Origin: the human T2T-CHM13v2.0 reference genome, Homo sapiens
Length of the DNA stretch: 64,000 nt
Reading direction: 5' to 3' (one strand)
Assembly: GCF_009914755.1 (NCBI RefSeq)
Contig: NC_060937.1
Within the stretch, counting starts at the first letter, position 1, and each line of letters opens with the position of its first letter. Shown here one piece after another: positions 62,534 to 64,000 of the stretch. Both the position numbers and the translations under genes were made by a program. The notes beneath the pieces are model-generated. The model was not told the origin of the DNA. It ran no database searches and saw nothing but the letters and a program-made list of their open reading frames with translations.

Positions 62534-63479
62534 GCTTTTGAGTCTTATTCAAAAAAATCCTTGTCTAGTCTAGTGTCATTAAGTATTTCTTCTATGTTTT
62601 CTTCTAATCATTTCATAGTTTTCTGTCTTACATTTAAGTCTTTAATCCATTTTGAGTTGATTTTTGTATATAGTGAAAAATAGGTGTCCAGTTTCATTCT
62701 TCGGCCTGTGGACATCCAATTTTCCCAGCACCATTGATTGAAAAGGCTATCTTTTCCTTAATGCGTGTTTTAGCATCTTTGGTCTGAGTGTTTGTTTTTA
62801 TACCAATATCAGCTTTGTAGTATTATATTTCAAAGTCAGGTAGTGTGATGCCTCCAGCTTTATTTTTATTTAACGCAGGCTCACTTTGGCTATTCTGGGT
62901 ATTTTATGAATGTGAACTTTATAATTTTTTTTTCTGTGAAAAATGTCATTGGCATAGGAATTGCATTGAATCTGTATATCACTTTGGGTAGTATGGACAT
63001 TTTAATAATATTAATTCTTCTAATCCACGAACACAAGATATCTTTCCATTTATTTGTGTAAACTTCAATATTTTTCATCAATGTTTTATAGTTTTCAGTG
63101 TACAGATCTTTTACCTCCTTGGTTACATTTATTCCTAGGTATCTTTTTTTTTTAGTAGCTATTATGAATGGGATTGTTTTCTTGATTTCTTTTTCAGATA
63201 CTTTGCTGTTAGTGTACAGAAGCATTACTAACTTGTTTAGGTTAATTTTGTATACTGCAACTTTACTAAATGTGTTTATTAGTTCGTGTTTTGGTAGAGT
63301 CCTCAGGGATATATATCAGTGATTGTGTTGCCTGCAAACAGGAACAATTTGAGTAAGTTCAGAAGCAATACTGTGCAAGAAGTGGAGAAAAAGGGTACAG
63401 TGGTACAAAGGGATACTAGAATTTTTTAAAACTCTGTATAGTTTGCATTTTTAAGTCATACAAAAATGCTTTCTGTTTA

Positions 63480-64000
<521 letters not shown>

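Noticed and set aside
62890-63225. 111-aa ORF with reverse-transcriptase-region similarity
   Set aside because: A fragment of a frameshifted, truncated L1 ORF2; annotated as L1, not a gene.

Overview
Human/great-ape-type euchromatic DNA, intergenic or deep intronic. I cannot assign the locus or any gene. About 42 Alu copies make up roughly a fifth of the window. There are three large decayed L1 blocks (about 7.4-12.5 kb +, 27.6-33.5 kb +, 61.0-63.35 kb -), about a dozen ERV1/ERVL/MaLR LTR remnants, a Tigger3-like DNA transposon and MIR/L2 debris. No protein-coding exon, RNA gene or CRISPR array is supportable: the long ORFs derive from Alu, L1 or VNTR sequence. I found no convincing new multi-gene system. 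The most unusual structures are small: (1) a ~70-bp polyadenylated MER41-type LTR 3' end retroposed with a target-site duplication into an L1 (61013-61099); (2) a ~140-bp inverted copy of nearby ERVL-type sequence inside an L1 (27135-27275 vs 27768-27904); (3) a 50-copy CpG-rich 9-mer VNTR inside an MLT1 LTR; (4) a ~39-copy 17-mer VNTR with higher-order structure and an ETS core in most units; (5) many 2-3-copy local tandem duplications. Repeat subfamily names come from remembered consensus sequences and need RepeatMasker/Dfam confirmation. Boundaries are approximate unless a TSD is quoted.
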